Shown: positions 17,418-29,273, numbered from the stretch's first letter. The stretch is 51,584 bases of DNA from Candidatus Nanohalarchaeota archaeon (GCA_003660905.1 QMVB01000001.1:1-51584); one strand, 5' to 3'. Notes: generated by a model not told the origin, from the letters alone. Numbers and translations: made by a program.

Positions 17418-20400
17418 TTATTCATTTTCAACTTTTTCTAATTCACGCAAAAGGGCATCTACATTCTCATCAAGCTTCCTGATTTTGTGCATTATTGCAT
17501 CTTTTAATGCAGACATATCTTCAGGACTGCCTACAGCCAAATTCTCTTTAAACCTTCCATATTCGTCCAGCATATCTCCTTCAATCCCAAATTCTTTCTC
17601 AAATTTAGCAAATCTGCTTTTCTTTTTCCACCAGTGTTTTTTTTCCTTAGCCCTTTTCCGGTATTGACGGTATATATCTTTAACGAGCGAGATATCTCCT
17701 GTTTTCTTTAGTCTTTTAATTGACTCTTCCCTTGTTTCCTCATTAGGGTCAAAAAGAGAGCCAAAAACAAGATGATTTACATCTTTTTTAAAAAGAGCGC
17801 GCTCTTTCCTGTCTTTTTCTATAACTCCTATTCGTGAAATTAATCCTTCAGCATTCCATCGGCTTTTCCTGTCTTTGAGCAGTTCATGCGCTCTGTTGTA
17901 AATAAATGTTTTAATTTCCTTCGAACTTCTTGAATATATATCTTCAAGAAGATTTACAGCGCCGTTTCCGGCAGCTATATCTGAAAACAACTCAAGCAGT
18001 TTTTCTGCAATATGCTGTTTTAATTCTTCTGAACTTTCGTTGTATAAGTTATTGAGTGAAGTTTCAGCATTCCATTGAACATTCCTGTCTTTGAGCAGTT
18101 CAAGCAATTCTTCAATGATATGCTTTTTATCATTTTCTGTTCCTTCCCTGTATTTTTGCTCAATTTTTTCTTCGGCATCCCACTGGGCGTCTCTGTCTTT
18201 AAATAATTCAATTAAATGGTTGATGGTTTCTTTTCCTGTATAAGGAGTGCCTTTTATTTTGTGCTCTTTTTTCTCTTTATTTTGTAAAAACATATCATAT
18301 ATTCCATAAATCTCCATTGCCTTTCTCTCAAATGTGTTCGGAGCAATGTCATTCTCTGCCAGCCAGTTAGCATCATGAATTATTTCATCGCGATTTCTGT
18401 ATTCTCCCAGTGCAATTTCCTTTATTCTATCGCCGGTAGTTCCTGCATTGCCGTACCCTACAGCTCGCAGGTTCATACAGTATTTGTTTAGTATCCACTG
18501 GTATTGATCTCCCTCTTTTTTAATTTCATCACTTATTTTTATTACACTTTTAATATCAGAGATGTCTATCCTGTCCGGGCTGTCAAGTATCTTTTTGACA
18601 CGATTATTTAATTCTTTGAGTTTTTTGTCAATAGCAAAAAGAGGCATGCATTCTTCATTAGACAGACCATGAAAGGGAATCTTGCTGTATTTTTTCATCA
18701 TCCAAAAAAGAGATTTCGCTATTTTGCCTTCTGTCTTTTCTTTTTCCAGTACAGACTCTTTTAACTTTGGCTCTTCCATAAGATCAAAAGAAGTTCTGAC
18801 ATTAGTTAATTTGGCTCCGAAACCGCCGAAAAAATAATGGCTTAATTCATCAATCTTTTGCTCAAGAAATTTTTTGCGATTGTCAGGCATTCTTTCAGCT
18901 CTTTTTTCAGCTGTTTCCATATGCTTTTCATGTATTTTTACATAAATGTCGTGATTTTCAATTTTATTCAACATTCTCTCAGCCATTCTGCGGCGATTAT
19001 CGTCCGCAGCATATCGGGCATTTGAGACAAGATGATTGATTGCCTCTTTTTCATACCCTGCTTCTTTCAATGAGCCATAAGCATTTTGCTGTGTTTTTTC
19101 ATTCCCGCTTCTCAAAGCTGATAGGGCGGCACTCCTATCTAATGGGTTTTTGATGTTGATTGTTTGAGCCTCTAATGTTCGATGGGTTTTTGCCTTATTT
19201 TTGTCGATATGGTCTCTGTTGTCGCCCTTGAATTTTTCCCACATTTCAGGGTTTTTCCTGATTTCCTTAAGATGCTCTTTTGCATAATCTCTTCTGTCTT
19301 TATGTTTAGAAAATAGGTTTCCTGTGATGCTCTTTAGAAAGGATTTTTTTTGATCTTCTGTTCCGTGCCCTAATAAAGATTCTCTTGCATTATTTCTTAC
19401 CTCTTTGTCTTCGTGTCTTAGGCCAGATAAAATATTGCCGATAAATGAGTGCTTTTTTATGCCTTCTATCGGCTTGTTTTTCAAAAATCCATGCGTGCGT
19501 TCTTTTTCTTCACTTAAAACTTCCCTGTATAATTCTCTTCCTTTTTCATCTCTTTTTGCCAGTTTTTTTAATTCTTCTTTTGCTTTATCTCTTGCAGCTT
19601 CATCGATATAGCCGTCCTCGGGAGACATTGCAGTTCTCATCATGCGCTCTGCCTGTGCTTTGTCGGCTATTGTTGGCGGCATTTCACTGGTTGTTGTGTA
19701 TGGGGTTTGACCGCCTGATTTAGGCGGTTTTTTGTTATTAAAATTTTTACTCAAAACACTATATGCTTCGCTAATCTCCTTGAATTTATCTTCGTTTGCA
19801 TGTTCAGATGTCGATCTATCAGGATGATATTTCATCGCCAGTTTCCTGTACGCTTTTTTTATTTCAGTTTCAGTGGCGTCTTTAGAAACACCAAGGGTGT
19901 CGTAATGATTCACTCCCTGATGAACAATTCTGTCTTTTCCTTTTTTCGCCTTTATTTTTTCTTCCCATATTGCATAATATTTTTCTCTTTTATCTTTGTA
20001 AGGAAGAGCCCTTAATATTGCTCCTATTACGTTAGCGGCCTCCTGTCGAACAGAATCTTCTTCTGCGTATACGGCTAAATCAATAAGATGAAGAACCACA
20101 TCTCTAAAAAACGGATGATTTTCAGGGAGGTTTTCAGGCAATTTTTCAGATATGCCCAAAAGTATATTTATATTTTTATCGCTAGATTTTTCATATGGCT
20201 TATAAATGGCTAGTTTAGCAATGTTAGAAATTCCATTAATTATATGCTTGTTTTGAAGTATTTCTACTGGAATTTTTTCAGGTATTGCTACGGTAAGATT
20301 TAGGATAGCAGATAATTCCATTTGATATCCTTCATTTAATTTTGCAGGCATTTGCTTCAATTCTTGCAGGATAGAGTTCATCACTGGTGTTCCTATATTA

Positions 20401-22343
20401 TGAAGCCCTTTATAAGCAGTTTTATAAATAACATCCTTTTCTGTCCTTAGAACTCTGAACAAATGCACAATATCTTTTTCTTCAAAATCTGTTTCTCCTC
20501 TTCTTAATCTTTCTACAATTTTAGGATAATCTTTTTTTGTTTCTTTTTCCCCAAATATTTTTTCAAACAAGGTTGATTTGCCTGTTTGTCCTTTCCCTGC
20601 AAAAGGAATATTATCAATTCCGCCGGGTTCTTTTCCAATCTCATCAATTCCTGCTTTTGCAAAAGCACTTTCTCCCATTTTTCCATAAGGTTTTTGAGTA
20701 TCTGCATGAAGGGGTTGTTCTGGTGGAGGAGAAGTTTGTCCGGTTGTTGTTCCTGTTCTATGAACTCCCTGACGTCCGGTCATGCGACTTCTGTTAATTT
20801 CTCTTTCCAGTTCCTCCAAAAGCCTAACCAAAGGACCTGGAGGTCTCTGGGCTTTTATTTCGCTTATGGCTCTGTTAAAAATGCTTCCATCAACCTGCAT
20901 TAGTAATTCTTTTGCTTTGTCCTTTGTGCTTATGCTTCCAGACCATGCAGCTGCCTTTATTATTCGCTCTATTGTTGCTATATCTTCAAAATTAAGATTC
21001 TTGTTTTGCATCTCTTCAAATGTGAATGCAGAAAGACCGCCGGAATATGGCTGTTTTTCTTTTTCAAATTGTTTTAATAATTCATTATAAGCAACATTTA
21101 TTTTCTTCATCCTTTCTTCTTCTTCAGGATTTCTGTCAGGATGATGTTCCATTGCCAATTTCCTGTATGCTTTTTTCATTTCTTTTTCAGTGGCGTTTGG
21201 AAATATACCAAGGGTTTTGTAATGGGCTTTGAGTTCTTGCGGGGGTGAAGGAGGAGTAGGATTCAGTATCTCCCAATATAAAGCTTGAATTAAAGAAAGT
21301 ATTTCATTTGTTGTTTTTGTTTGATAAAATAAAATTAGTTCAGATAATTTTCTGTAAAATTCCAGACAGGCATAAACCCCTTGCTCTTTTTTTATTTTAT
21401 TTCCAAGCATTATGCTTTTTTTGATTATTTCTTTTGTTCCTTTAATTCCAACATCCTTCTCTAATAGGTTATTTCGACAAGTACGAAGTATATTGTTTAT
21501 TGCAACATAAGTGTTTACATATTCCTCTTCTTCAAGGCCATCAACATCTGCACTTTTTATTGCCTGAACAATAATTTCGTTAAATTCAAATAAATATTGA
21601 GGGAACTCTTTTAGGCTGTCAAATATATGAATAATATTTGTAACAATATAGCCACTTCTTTGGATAGGAGACATTTTTTCTGCTTCTTCAATTACTTTTT
21701 CGTAAATATCTATAGCAGAGTTGTTTTGGTCTATTACTAGCCCTATTACTGAAACAACAAATCCCTCTTTAAGATTATAACTTTCCAATTTTTCCAGAAT
21801 ATATTTTTTTCTTCTCTCAAATGTTTTTTTCCCAGAATGCTTTTTCTTTTCTTTTCCTCCTCCCAATTCAAGCCTTGCGCTATTATCCGATAAAAATTCT
21901 TCTTGATTTCCCTTTATAGTCCTGCCAATATTTCCTGCTTTTCTTCCTAAATTCTCAAGTCCTGTTTTTGCCTTGGCAAAAACCCCTTTCGGCTTTGACG
22001 GCATTTCTCTTAAATTGTCGAATTTGTCAAAACCTGAGTCTCCCTGTGATTTCCCCCCTAATTCGAACCTGCTTTTGATTCCAAAATCAGGAATTACCCT
22101 TCCTGCTGTTCTTTTTGCCCTGTCAAAAACTCCTTTCGGCTCTATTATTCTATCAACAGCCCCGCAAAACTTTGCAATCTCTTTTTTCCCTAAATCATAA
22201 TCTCCATGCTCTGCTTTTTCCAGTCTTGCCTTTATGTTCTTTAGAAGTTTTATGTCTTTTCTCTCAAGTTCTTTTCCCCTTAAGTTTTCCAATTCAAGTT
22301 CCAGCCTTTTCAATTCAGAAATTTCTTCTTCTATATTTACCAT
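17418..22343 (-). CDS. Giant (1641 aa) protein with two J-domains and HEAT-like repeats
   Basis: J-domain 1 is [31 protein letters not shown], with HPD at nt 21135-21143. J-domain 2 is [31 protein letters not shown], with HPD at nt 19818-19826. The N-terminus is coiled-coil with a duplicated PKGVF..AK...ELGG segment. The C-terminus has repeated [15 protein letters not shown]-type HEAT-like units. Confidence 0.8.
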   Translation of the reverse strand: MVNIEEEISELKRLELELENLRGKELERKDIKLLKNIKARLEKAEHGDYDLGKKEIAKFCGAVDRIIEPKGVFDRAKRTAGRVIPDFGIKSRFELGGKSQGDSGFDKFDNLREMPSKPKGVFAKAKTGLENLGRKAGNIGRTIKGNQEEFLSDNSARLELGGGKEKKKHSGKKTFERRKKYILEKLESYNLKEGFVVSVIGLVIDQNNSAIDIYEKVIEEAEKMSPIQRSGYIVTNIIHIFDSLKEFPQYLFEFNEIIVQAIKSADVDGLEEEEYVNTYVAINNILRTCRNNLLEKDVGIKGTKEIIKKSIMLGNKIKKEQGVYACLEFYRKLSELILFYQTKTTNEILSLIQALYWEILNPTPPSPPQELKAHYKTLGIFPNATEKEMKKAYRKLAMEHHPDRNPEEEERMKKINVAYNELLKQFEKEKQPYSGGLSAFTFEEMQNKNLNFEDIATIERIIKAAAWSGSISTKDKAKELLMQVDGSIFNRAISEIKAQRPPGPLVRLLEELEREINRSRMTGRQGVHRTGTTTGQTSPPPEQPLHADTQKPYGKMGESAFAKAGIDEIGKEPGGIDNIPFAGKGQTGKSTLFEKIFGEKETKKDYPKIVERLRRGETDFEEKDIVHLFRVLRTEKDVIYKTAYKGLHNIGTPVMNSILQELKQMPAKLNEGYQMELSAILNLTVAIPEKIPVEILQNKHIINGISNIAKLAIYKPYEKSSDKNINILLGISEKLPENLPENHPFFRDVVLHLIDLAVYAEEDSVRQEAANVIGAILRALPYKDKREKYYAIWEEKIKAKKGKDRIVHQGVNHYDTLGVSKDATETEIKKAYRKLAMKYHPDRSTSEHANEDKFKEISEAYSVLSKNFNNKKPPKSGGQTPYTTTSEMPPTIADKAQAERMMRTAMSPEDGYIDEAARDKAKEELKKLAKRDEKGRELYREVLSEEKERTHGFLKNKPIEGIKKHSFIGNILSGLRHEDKEVRNNARESLLGHGTEDQKKSFLKSITGNLFSKHKDRRDYAKEHLKEIRKNPEMWEKFKGDNRDHIDKNKAKTHRTLEAQTINIKNPLDRSAALSALRSGNEKTQQNAYGSLKEAGYEKEAINHLVSNARYAADDNRRRMAERMLNKIENHDIYVKIHEKHMETAEKRAERMPDNRKKFLEQKIDELSHYFFGGFGAKLTNVRTSFDLMEEPKLKESVLEKEKTEGKIAKSLFWMMKKYSKIPFHGLSNEECMPLFAIDKKLKELNNRVKKILDSPDRIDISDIKSVIKISDEIKKEGDQYQWILNKYCMNLRAVGYGNAGTTGDRIKEIALGEYRNRDEIIHDANWLAENDIAPNTFERKAMEIYGIYDMFLQNKEKKEHKIKGTPYTGKETINHLIELFKDRDAQWDAEEKIEQKYREGTENDKKHIIEELLELLKDRNVQWNAETSLNNLYNESSEELKQHIAEKLLELFSDIAAGNGAVNLLEDIYSRSSKEIKTFIYNRAHELLKDRKSRWNAEGLISRIGVIEKDRKERALFKKDVNHLVFGSLFDPNEETREESIKRLKKTGDISLVKDIYRQYRKRAKEKKHWWKKKSRFAKFEKEFGIEGDMLDEYGRFKENLAVGSPEDMSALKDAIMHKIRKLDENVDALLRELEKVENE

Positions 22344-22433
22344 AGTTACATCATATTCAAGGACATAATTTTGCGAATGGGCATAATACTTAATTAAATT
22401 ATCATTTATATACTTTACTCATATACAGATAGT

Positions 22434-23879
22434 ATGAATCATTCCAATTACAATGATGCATTGGCAGACAGGTATGCCGGCAAAGAGATGACAGAATTGT
22501 TTTCTGATGAAGTAAAGTTCCAGACATGGAGAAAATGCTGGATTGCTTTGGCAGAAGCAGAAAGGGAGCTTGGATTAGAGGATATTATTAGCAAAGAAGC
22601 AATAGAAGAAATGAAGAAAAACACAGATAATATAAATTTCAAAGATGCCGAAGAAAAAGAAAAGCAGATTAAGCATGATGTAATGGCTCATGTTTGGGCA
22701 TATTCAAAGCAGTGCCCAAAAGCGGCTAAAATCATTCATCTTGGCGCAACATCGCAGTTCGTCGGGTGCAATACAGATTTGATTTTGCAAAAAAAGGCGA
22801 TTGATATTGTCAAAAAAAGGCTTGTCAATGTGATATTTCACTTAATGCAATTTGCAAAAAAATACAAAGCACTTGCAACGCTTGGATATACTCATTTCCA
22901 GCCGGCGCAGCCGACAACCATCGGCAAGCGCGCAACACTATACATTGCAGATTTGCTTCTTGATTTAAAATCCATTGAATTTGCAGAGTCATTAATTAAG
23001 GCAAAGGGCGCAAAAGGAACTGTCGGGACGCAGGCATCGTTTTTGGAATTGTTTGGCGGGAATAAAAGCAAGGTAAAGCAGCTTGACCTGCTAATTGCAA
23101 AAAAGCTGGGTTTTGATGGAATTTATGAAGTGACAGGTCAGACATATTCAAGAAAGATCGATACAAAAATTTCAGAGGCGCTGGCAGGAATTGCATGTTC
23201 TGCATATAAATTCGCATCTGATATGCGTCTTGCAGCTCATTTAAAAATAATGGAAGAGCCATACGGCAAAAGCCAGACAGGGAGTTCAGCCATGCCCTAT
23301 AAAAGAAACCCTATGCATAGCGAAAGGATGTGTGCATTAAGCAGAATTTTAATGAACATGCCAGCAGAATTTTACATGACGCATTCAAATCAATGGTTTG
23401 AAAGGACGCTGGATGATTCAGCTGCAAGGAGAGTTGAAATTCCAAGGAGTTTTCTGCTTGCGGATTCAATTCTGCTTTTGTACGAGAGCATAGCATCGGG
23501 CATAATAGTCTATCCTGCCCAGGTAAAACTTCATTTGACAAAAGAGCTTCCTTTTATGGCAATAGAGGAGATTTTAATGAAGTGCGCAAAACAAGGCAAG
23601 AGCAGGCAGGAAATGCATGAGATATTAAAAAAGCATGCGCTGGAGGCAGGAAACAAGATAAAAAAAGAAGGCGCTCAAAATGATTTTTTCAGCAGGATTG
23701 CAAAGGACAGCAGGATTCCTCTTTCAAAAAAAGAGCTGGACTTTTCTTTGGAAAATCCCGGGAAATTCACAGGGACAGCAGAATCGCAGACAGAAGAATT
23801 TATCAGGGAAACTGTTGCTCCTGTTCTCAGGAAGCATAAAAACATGATTGAAAAGCCCATAAACGAAATAGAGGTGTAA
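22434..23879 (+). CDS. purB: Adenylosuccinate lyase
   Basis: 481 aa. Has the fumarate-lyase signature GSSAMPYKRNP and an N-terminal ALADRY...MTELFS typical of PurB. Confidence 0.9.
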   Translation: MNHSNYNDALADRYAGKEMTELFSDEVKFQTWRKCWIALAEAERELGLEDIISKEAIEEMKKNTDNINFKDAEEKEKQIKHDVMAHVWAYSKQCPKAAKIIHLGATSQFVGCNTDLILQKKAIDIVKKRLVNVIFHLMQFAKKYKALATLGYTHFQPAQPTTIGKRATLYIADLLLDLKSIEFAESLIKAKGAKGTVGTQASFLELFGGNKSKVKQLDLLIAKKLGFDGIYEVTGQTYSRKIDTKISEALAGIACSAYKFASDMRLAAHLKIMEEPYGKSQTGSSAMPYKRNPMHSERMCALSRILMNMPAEFYMTHSNQWFERTLDDSAARRVEIPRSFLLADSILLLYESIASGIIVYPAQVKLHLTKELPFMAIEEILMKCAKQGKSRQEMHEILKKHALEAGNKIKKEGAQNDFFSRIAKDSRIPLSKKELDFSLENPGKFTGTAESQTEEFIRETVAPVLRKHKNMIEKPINEIEV

Positions 23880-23929
23880 AAGATACCAAAGTATTATATA
23901 TTTAATAGATATTTTATTTAAATAAAAAT

Positions 23930-24238
23930 ATGGATTGCAGCATAATTTTAATAAAAACAGAAGACATGGAAAGCGCAGACAAACTTGCAGAAATTCTGCT
24001 GAAAAAAAATATGGTTTTGTATGTGGACGCAATAGAGACAAACTCATATTCGAAGACGAGCGTCGGAACTGTTGAAAAGCAGGATGAAGTTATGCTGATT
24101 GCAAAAACAAGCCAAAAAAAGATAAGCGAAGCAAAAAAGTGCATATTGCACCACATTACTTTTGAAAGAGGAGATTTAGTGATAGTTAATGCAACAGACA
24201 ATTCTACAAGGATTGATTTGCTGCTGTCTAAATTATAG
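23930..24238 (+). CDS. CutA1-like small protein (divergent)
   Basis: 102 aa. The pattern SIILIKTEDMESADKLAEILLKKNMV...EVMLIAKTS...HHITF parallels CutA, but the HPY(E/D)xP motif is degenerate. Confidence 0.45.
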   Translation: MDCSIILIKTEDMESADKLAEILLKKNMVLYVDAIETNSYSKTSVGTVEKQDEVMLIAKTSQKKISEAKKCILHHITFERGDLVIVNATDNSTRIDLLLSKL

Positions 24239-24247
24239 AGGAATAAA

Positions 24248-25408
24248 ATGGATGGAGATACCCAAACAATAGAATATTCCGATCAGGATGCAATTTCATT
24301 GGATGAAATGAGTTCGGAATACAAAATAAAAATTCTTGTTGAAGAAAACAAGATACTGAAGAGAAACCTGTTTGAAGCGCAAAATGAAATAAAGAAATAC
24401 AAGATTGTGCCGCATATTATGGCAAAAGTTGTGGATGTTGTTGATTCTGATAAAGCAATAATATTGCTGAACACAGGAAAATTTTATGTAAATATCTCAG
24501 AGGAACTGGTTGGGAAAATAAAAAGAGATGACGAGGTTTTTATCGAGCAAAAATCATTGACTGTCATTGGAAAGAGAGGAAAATCAAAGCATTTTGATGT
24601 AGAGAGATACATAATTTTTGAAAAGCCAAAGGTTTCCTGGAGCGAAATAGGAGGTTTGGATGAGGAAAAGAGAGATTTAAAGGAAGTAATTGAATTGCCT
24701 CTTCTTCGCCCGGACTTGTTTCGAAAAATAGGAATAACCCCTCCCAAGGGCGTTTTGCTCCATGGTCCTCCCGGGTGCGGAAAAACACTGCTTGCAAAGG
24801 CAGTCGCCCACCAGACAAATGCGAATTTTGTTGAGATTGTTGGCTCTGAACTTGTGCAGAAATACATAGGAGAAGGGACAAAATTTGTAAAATCCATATT
24901 CCAGATGGCAAGGGAAAAAGCCCCATGCATAATATTCATTGATGAAATAGATTCGATTGCATCAAAGAGAATTGAACTCGGGACAAGCGGAGAAAGAGAA
25001 GTTCAAAGGACATTTATGCAAATGCTTGCGGAAATTGACGGATTTAAGCCATTAGGAGATGTAAAGATAATCGGCGCGACAAACAGGATAGATATCCTCG
25101 ACAATGCGGTAATCCGCCCGGGAAGGCTCGACAGGCTCATTAAAATAGATTATCCTCATAAAAAAGAAAGGCTGCACATATTGAAGATCCATACAAAAAA
25201 AATGAAGCTTGAAGATAATGTATCACTGGAAAGTTTGGCTGTCAGGACAAAAAAATTGTCCGGGGCTCAAATAAAGACCCTCTTGGTGGAAGCAGGATAT
25301 TTTGCATTAAGAGAAGAGCGGTTTAAATTGAACAATAATGATTTAAACAGGGCATTGTCAAAAATAAAAGGACACGACAAGAAAAAGCAATTGGGCTTTT
25401 ATGCTTAA
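24248..25408 (+). CDS. pan: Proteasome-activating nucleotidase (AAA+ ATPase)
   Basis: 386 aa. N-terminal coiled coil, then an OB region, then an AAA module with GPPGCGKTLLAKAVA, IIFIDEIDS and PGRLDR. Confidence 0.9.
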   Translation: MDGDTQTIEYSDQDAISLDEMSSEYKIKILVEENKILKRNLFEAQNEIKKYKIVPHIMAKVVDVVDSDKAIILLNTGKFYVNISEELVGKIKRDDEVFIEQKSLTVIGKRGKSKHFDVERYIIFEKPKVSWSEIGGLDEEKRDLKEVIELPLLRPDLFRKIGITPPKGVLLHGPPGCGKTLLAKAVAHQTNANFVEIVGSELVQKYIGEGTKFVKSIFQMAREKAPCIIFIDEIDSIASKRIELGTSGEREVQRTFMQMLAEIDGFKPLGDVKIIGATNRIDILDNAVIRPGRLDRLIKIDYPHKKERLHILKIHTKKMKLEDNVSLESLAVRTKKLSGAQIKTLLVEAGYFALREERFKLNNNDLNRALSKIKGHDKKKQLGFYA

Positions 25409-26303
25409 TATGGCAGATTTAAAGGACCAGATAATTAATTTCACATACAACATCTATGGTAAATACATAGAAGAATATGTCTCTAAAAACAAGGATTTTG
25501 ACGAGTTAAAGAACAATATTAAAATATCAGGCATAAATCTGACCCTAACGGAATTTTTGTGCCTGACATTATTGGCTACGGCTCTGTGCTTCGTATTTAC
25601 GACACCGTTGGCAAGCATAGTTATTTACCTGATTACAGAAAACCTATTTTTTGCTTTGTTTTTGAGTGTATTTGTATCCTTCTTTTTTTCACTTATGATG
25701 ATGTTTGGGATTCTTTATATTCCTTATTTTATAAAAGGAGACAGAAACAAGAAAATAGACGATATCCTTCCGTTTGCACTTTCATATCTTTCTGTTATGG
25801 CAGGAGCCCATAACCCATCTGTTTCCATTTTCAAGACAATAGCTCAATTTAATGAATATGGGGAGGTATCTATCGAGGCAAAAAAAATAGTTGAGGAAGT
25901 GGAATTGATGGGCATTAATTTCAATGATGCGCTCATCCATGCAGCAGAACGCACCCCCTCAAAAACATTCAAGAATGTTTTATGGGGCATAAAATCAACA
26001 ATAGAATCCGGCGGAAACTTAAAGCAATTCCTGCGGGAGGATACTGCCGAAGCAATGAATTCCTATAAGATAAGGCTGTCCAAATACGAAGATCAGGTCA
26101 TGCTATTGACAGAGATATACCTCACTGCTGTTGTTGTTGGCTCCATATTCATAATTGTTCTGTCTGTAATATTCAGCGTTATAGGGGGGCTGAACAATGA
26201 TATGATAATAACCATGCAGTTGGTTGTGGTCATTCTGGTCCTTCCATTTTCCGCAGTTGGATTTTTGATGCTTGAAAGAGGAATGGCTCCTGCTCAAGTG
26301 TAG
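25401..26303 (+). CDS. TadC/FlaJ-like type IV pilus/archaellum platform protein (single T2SS-F domain)
   Basis: 300 aa. TM helices flank a soluble domain, DILPFALSYLSVMAGAHNPSVSIFKTIAQ...NDALIHAAERTPSKTFKNVLWGIKSTIESGGNLKQFL. Confidence 0.7.
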   Translation: MLNMADLKDQIINFTYNIYGKYIEEYVSKNKDFDELKNNIKISGINLTLTEFLCLTLLATALCFVFTTPLASIVIYLITENLFFALFLSVFVSFFFSLMMMFGILYIPYFIKGDRNKKIDDILPFALSYLSVMAGAHNPSVSIFKTIAQFNEYGEVSIEAKKIVEEVELMGINFNDALIHAAERTPSKTFKNVLWGIKSTIESGGNLKQFLREDTAEAMNSYKIRLSKYEDQVMLLTEIYLTAVVVGSIFIIVLSVIFSVIGGLNNDMIITMQLVVVILVLPFSAVGFLMLERGMAPAQV

Positions 26304-26343
26304 AAATGTTTATATAGTTACTTTTTTATTTAATTGAGAGGGT

Positions 26344-27603
26344 ATGGGTAATTTAGCTATTATAGGAATGCAATTTGGAGACGAAGGAAAGGGAAAGATA
26401 GTGGATTTTTTTTCTAAAAATGCAGATGTTGTAGCAAGATTTAACGGGGGAGACAATGCAGGTCACACGATTGCGGTTGGTTCTGAAAAATACAAGCTTC
26501 ATTTGACGCCATCCGGTGCAGTTTGGGGAAAAGAGTTGATTATAGCAACCGGCTGTGTAGTAAACCCAAAAATTCTGCTTGATGAAATAAGCATATTTGA
26601 AAAATCAGGAAAGCCGCTCAATCTTTTTTTGAGCGGAAGGGCAAATGTGATAATGCCATACCATATAGACCTTGATGCAGCACAGGAGGGAAAAAGGCAG
26701 GATAAAATAGGAACAACAAAGAGAGGAATAGGTCCATGTTTTTCTGACAGGGCTGAGCGCACAAGCGCAATAAAGATTTATGATTTGATTAATGAAAAAG
26801 CGCTGCTTAGAAAAATAAAGGCTAATTTAAATCAAAAAAAAGATTCAATCAACTGCACTGACATTGAAAAATATGCTGAATCTATTTTTGCAGAATACAT
26901 AAAATATGGAGCTTCCCTGAAAAAATACATCTGCGATACTGCTTCATACTTAAACAGGCAGATTGGTCAAAACAAAAAAATTCTTTTTGAAGGAGCGCAG
27001 GGGACTTTTTTGGATGTTGATTTTGGAACATGCCCTTTTGTTACTTCTTCCAATACCCTAAGCGGAGCATTGTGTTGTGGATGCGGTTTTTTCCCAAAAA
27101 AAATCAAGATATATGGTGTTGTAAAAGCATATATGACAAGGGTTGGAGAGGGCATTTTTCCAACAGAATTGTTTGATGAGGCAAAAAATCACTTGCTGAA
27201 TGTCGGTGCAGAATATGGAACAACTACAGGAAGACCAAGAAGATGCGGATGGCTGGATTTGCCCCTGCTTAGGAGAGCAATTTTGCTGAATTCAGCAGAT
27301 TCTCTCATATTAACAAAACTGGATGTTTTGGCGGGTCTGGAAAAAATAAAAATATGCACTCATTATAAAATCAGGGATGAAATTGTCGATATATTCCCGG
27401 ATAACCTGAAGGACTTAAAAGATGCACATCTAATATACAGGGAATTTGACGGTTTTGAGAAAGTTGATTTTAAAAAAATGAAAAATAGAAATGAATTGCC
27501 GCTTAAAGTGAAGCAATACATTGATTTTATTGAAAAAGAGGCAGGCATTTCAATAGAGCTGATATCTGTTGGGCCTAAAAGGGAAGAGACAATAATATGT
27601 TGA
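26344..27603 (+). CDS. purA: Adenylosuccinate synthetase
   Basis: 419 aa. Has the QFGDEGKGK P-loop, GTTKRGIGP and TTGRPRRCGWLD. Confidence 0.9.
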   Translation: MGNLAIIGMQFGDEGKGKIVDFFSKNADVVARFNGGDNAGHTIAVGSEKYKLHLTPSGAVWGKELIIATGCVVNPKILLDEISIFEKSGKPLNLFLSGRANVIMPYHIDLDAAQEGKRQDKIGTTKRGIGPCFSDRAERTSAIKIYDLINEKALLRKIKANLNQKKDSINCTDIEKYAESIFAEYIKYGASLKKYICDTASYLNRQIGQNKKILFEGAQGTFLDVDFGTCPFVTSSNTLSGALCCGCGFFPKKIKIYGVVKAYMTRVGEGIFPTELFDEAKNHLLNVGAEYGTTTGRPRRCGWLDLPLLRRAILLNSADSLILTKLDVLAGLEKIKICTHYKIRDEIVDIFPDNLKDLKDAHLIYREFDGFEKVDFKKMKNRNELPLKVKQYIDFIEKEAGISIELISVGPKREETIIC

Positions 27604-28979
27604 TTGAAAAAAAATATGATTGCATCATTGTCGGAGCAGGACCGGCAGGCATGTTCTGCGCCCTGGAATTGGCGAACAAGACTAAAATGAAAATTCTTGT
27701 TGTCGATAAGGGAAAAGATGTTATCCACAGAAAAAATAATGGAATGGATATTTTAGAAGGTGTTGGCGGCGCAGGGTGCAAAAGTGACGGAAAGCTTAAT
27801 CTTTCACCTTTCATCGGGGGAAATTTACTGGATTTTTGCGATAGTGAAGAACAGGCACAAAAGATGATAAATAATGTAGATGAAGTTTTTATGAGTTACG
27901 GGGCGCCTAAAAATACTTCATTGAATCCGAAAGACATATCTGATCTCCAGAAAAGAGCCATTCAATGCGGCATAAAATATATTCCGATAATTCAGAAGCA
28001 TATCGGCTCAGACAAGCTGCCGGATATTGTAATTAAATTCAAGAAAGCATTGGTTGACAAGGGGGTTGATTTTCTTCTTGAAAAAACAGTCAAAGATATA
28101 ATTGTCGAGGAGAAAAACAACAAAAAAATTGTAGATGGTGTGATTATAGGAAATGAAGGCGATGATGCCCTTATATTTTCAGATTTTGTTGTTTTGGCGC
28201 CAGGCAGGAGCGGGCAAAGAACAATGACAGAGATAGCCCAGAAGCATTCGATAGAAAAGCAGTTTTCCTATATAGATATCGGTGTGCGTGTTGAGACAAA
28301 CAAGAACATAATGGAAGATATAACTTCAATCAATTACGATCCAAAACTACATATCCTAACAAAGACATACGGGGATTTTGCAAGAACTTTTTGCACCAAT
28401 CCTTCTGGATTTGTCGTAAAGGAAACATACGATGGATATATTGGGGTTAACGGGCATTCCAAAAAGCATGACAAATCCCAGAATACTAATTTTGCCTTGC
28501 TTATAAATGTGCTTCTGACAGAGCCGCTGGAAAATGCCAACAATTACGGTGAAAACATCGCAAAGCTTGCAACAACTACAGGCGGAGGAAAAATTACACT
28601 GCAAAGGTTAGGGGATTTGCTCAATGGGCGCAGGACAAGAAGAGAGTACATCCAGAATAATATGGTAATTCCTACATTAAAGGAATACACAGCAGGAGAC
28701 ATTTCGATGATACTTCCGGGTAGAATCATGACAGATATTGTAGATGCCCTTAAGCAGCTTAACGAACTGATACCGGGAATTTATGCAGACAGCACTTTGC
28801 TTTACGCCCCGGAAATCAAGTATTATTCTGTTAAAATCAATGTTGACAGGAAAACGCTTCAGACAAACATTGACAATCTTTTTGTAGCAGGAGACGGAGC
28901 AGGTCTAAGCCGGGACATCATCAATGCATCTGTGACAGGGATACTTGCGGCTGATGGAGTGATATCTAAAAACAAATGA
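27597..28979 (+). CDS. FAD-dependent oxidoreductase (COG2509-like)
   Basis: 460 aa. N-terminal dinucleotide fold YDCIIVGAGPAGMFCALEL and C-terminal VAGDGAGLSRDI. Confidence 0.7.
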   Translation: MLIEKKYDCIIVGAGPAGMFCALELANKTKMKILVVDKGKDVIHRKNNGMDILEGVGGAGCKSDGKLNLSPFIGGNLLDFCDSEEQAQKMINNVDEVFMSYGAPKNTSLNPKDISDLQKRAIQCGIKYIPIIQKHIGSDKLPDIVIKFKKALVDKGVDFLLEKTVKDIIVEEKNNKKIVDGVIIGNEGDDALIFSDFVVLAPGRSGQRTMTEIAQKHSIEKQFSYIDIGVRVETNKNIMEDITSINYDPKLHILTKTYGDFARTFCTNPSGFVVKETYDGYIGVNGHSKKHDKSQNTNFALLINVLLTEPLENANNYGENIAKLATTTGGGKITLQRLGDLLNGRRTRREYIQNNMVIPTLKEYTAGDISMILPGRIMTDIVDALKQLNELIPGIYADSTLLYAPEIKYYSVKINVDRKTLQTNIDNLFVAGDGAGLSRDIINASVTGILAADGVISKNK

Positions 28980-29055
28980 ATAGAAATGCATTTAAATTAA
29001 GAAAAACGAAAGATTTTTATAATATTATGTAATATTATGTTATATGGTGTAATAA

Positions 29056-29226
29056 ATGGTAAAAATACTCTTAGACTTATCAAAAGATGAAGATAAAATT
29101 GTCGAAGTGTATAAGTTAGTTCATGAATTAAAAACAAAACAAGAAGCCATTAAACAAATGATTAGATATTTCAGAGTCGATATTAAACCAAAAAATCTGA
29201 AAGGTAAAGATTATTTTTCAGTTTAG
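29056..29226 (+). CDS. Small RHH/DUF2683-like putative antitoxin
   Basis: 56-aa ORF not in the track: MVKILLDLSKDEDKIVEVYKLVHELKTKQEAIKQMIRYFRVDIKPKNLKGKDYFSV. The beta-strand-then-two-helices pattern resembles archaeal ribbon-helix-helix antitoxins. Confidence 0.45.
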   Translation: MVKILLDLSKDEDKIVEVYKLVHELKTKQEAIKQMIRYFRVDIKPKNLKGKDYFSV

Positions 29227-29273
29227 GAGGATTAAAATGGAAATCACAACAATATTCTGATTCTTCTAATGCA

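Noticed and set aside
20571-20606. The Walker-A-like GKGQTGKST in the giant protein, as evidence of a real GTPase or ATPase domain.
   Set aside because: I could not identify a downstream Walker B or DxxG, an NKxD motif, or a P-loop-fold strand pattern. It is kept only as an observation within the finding.
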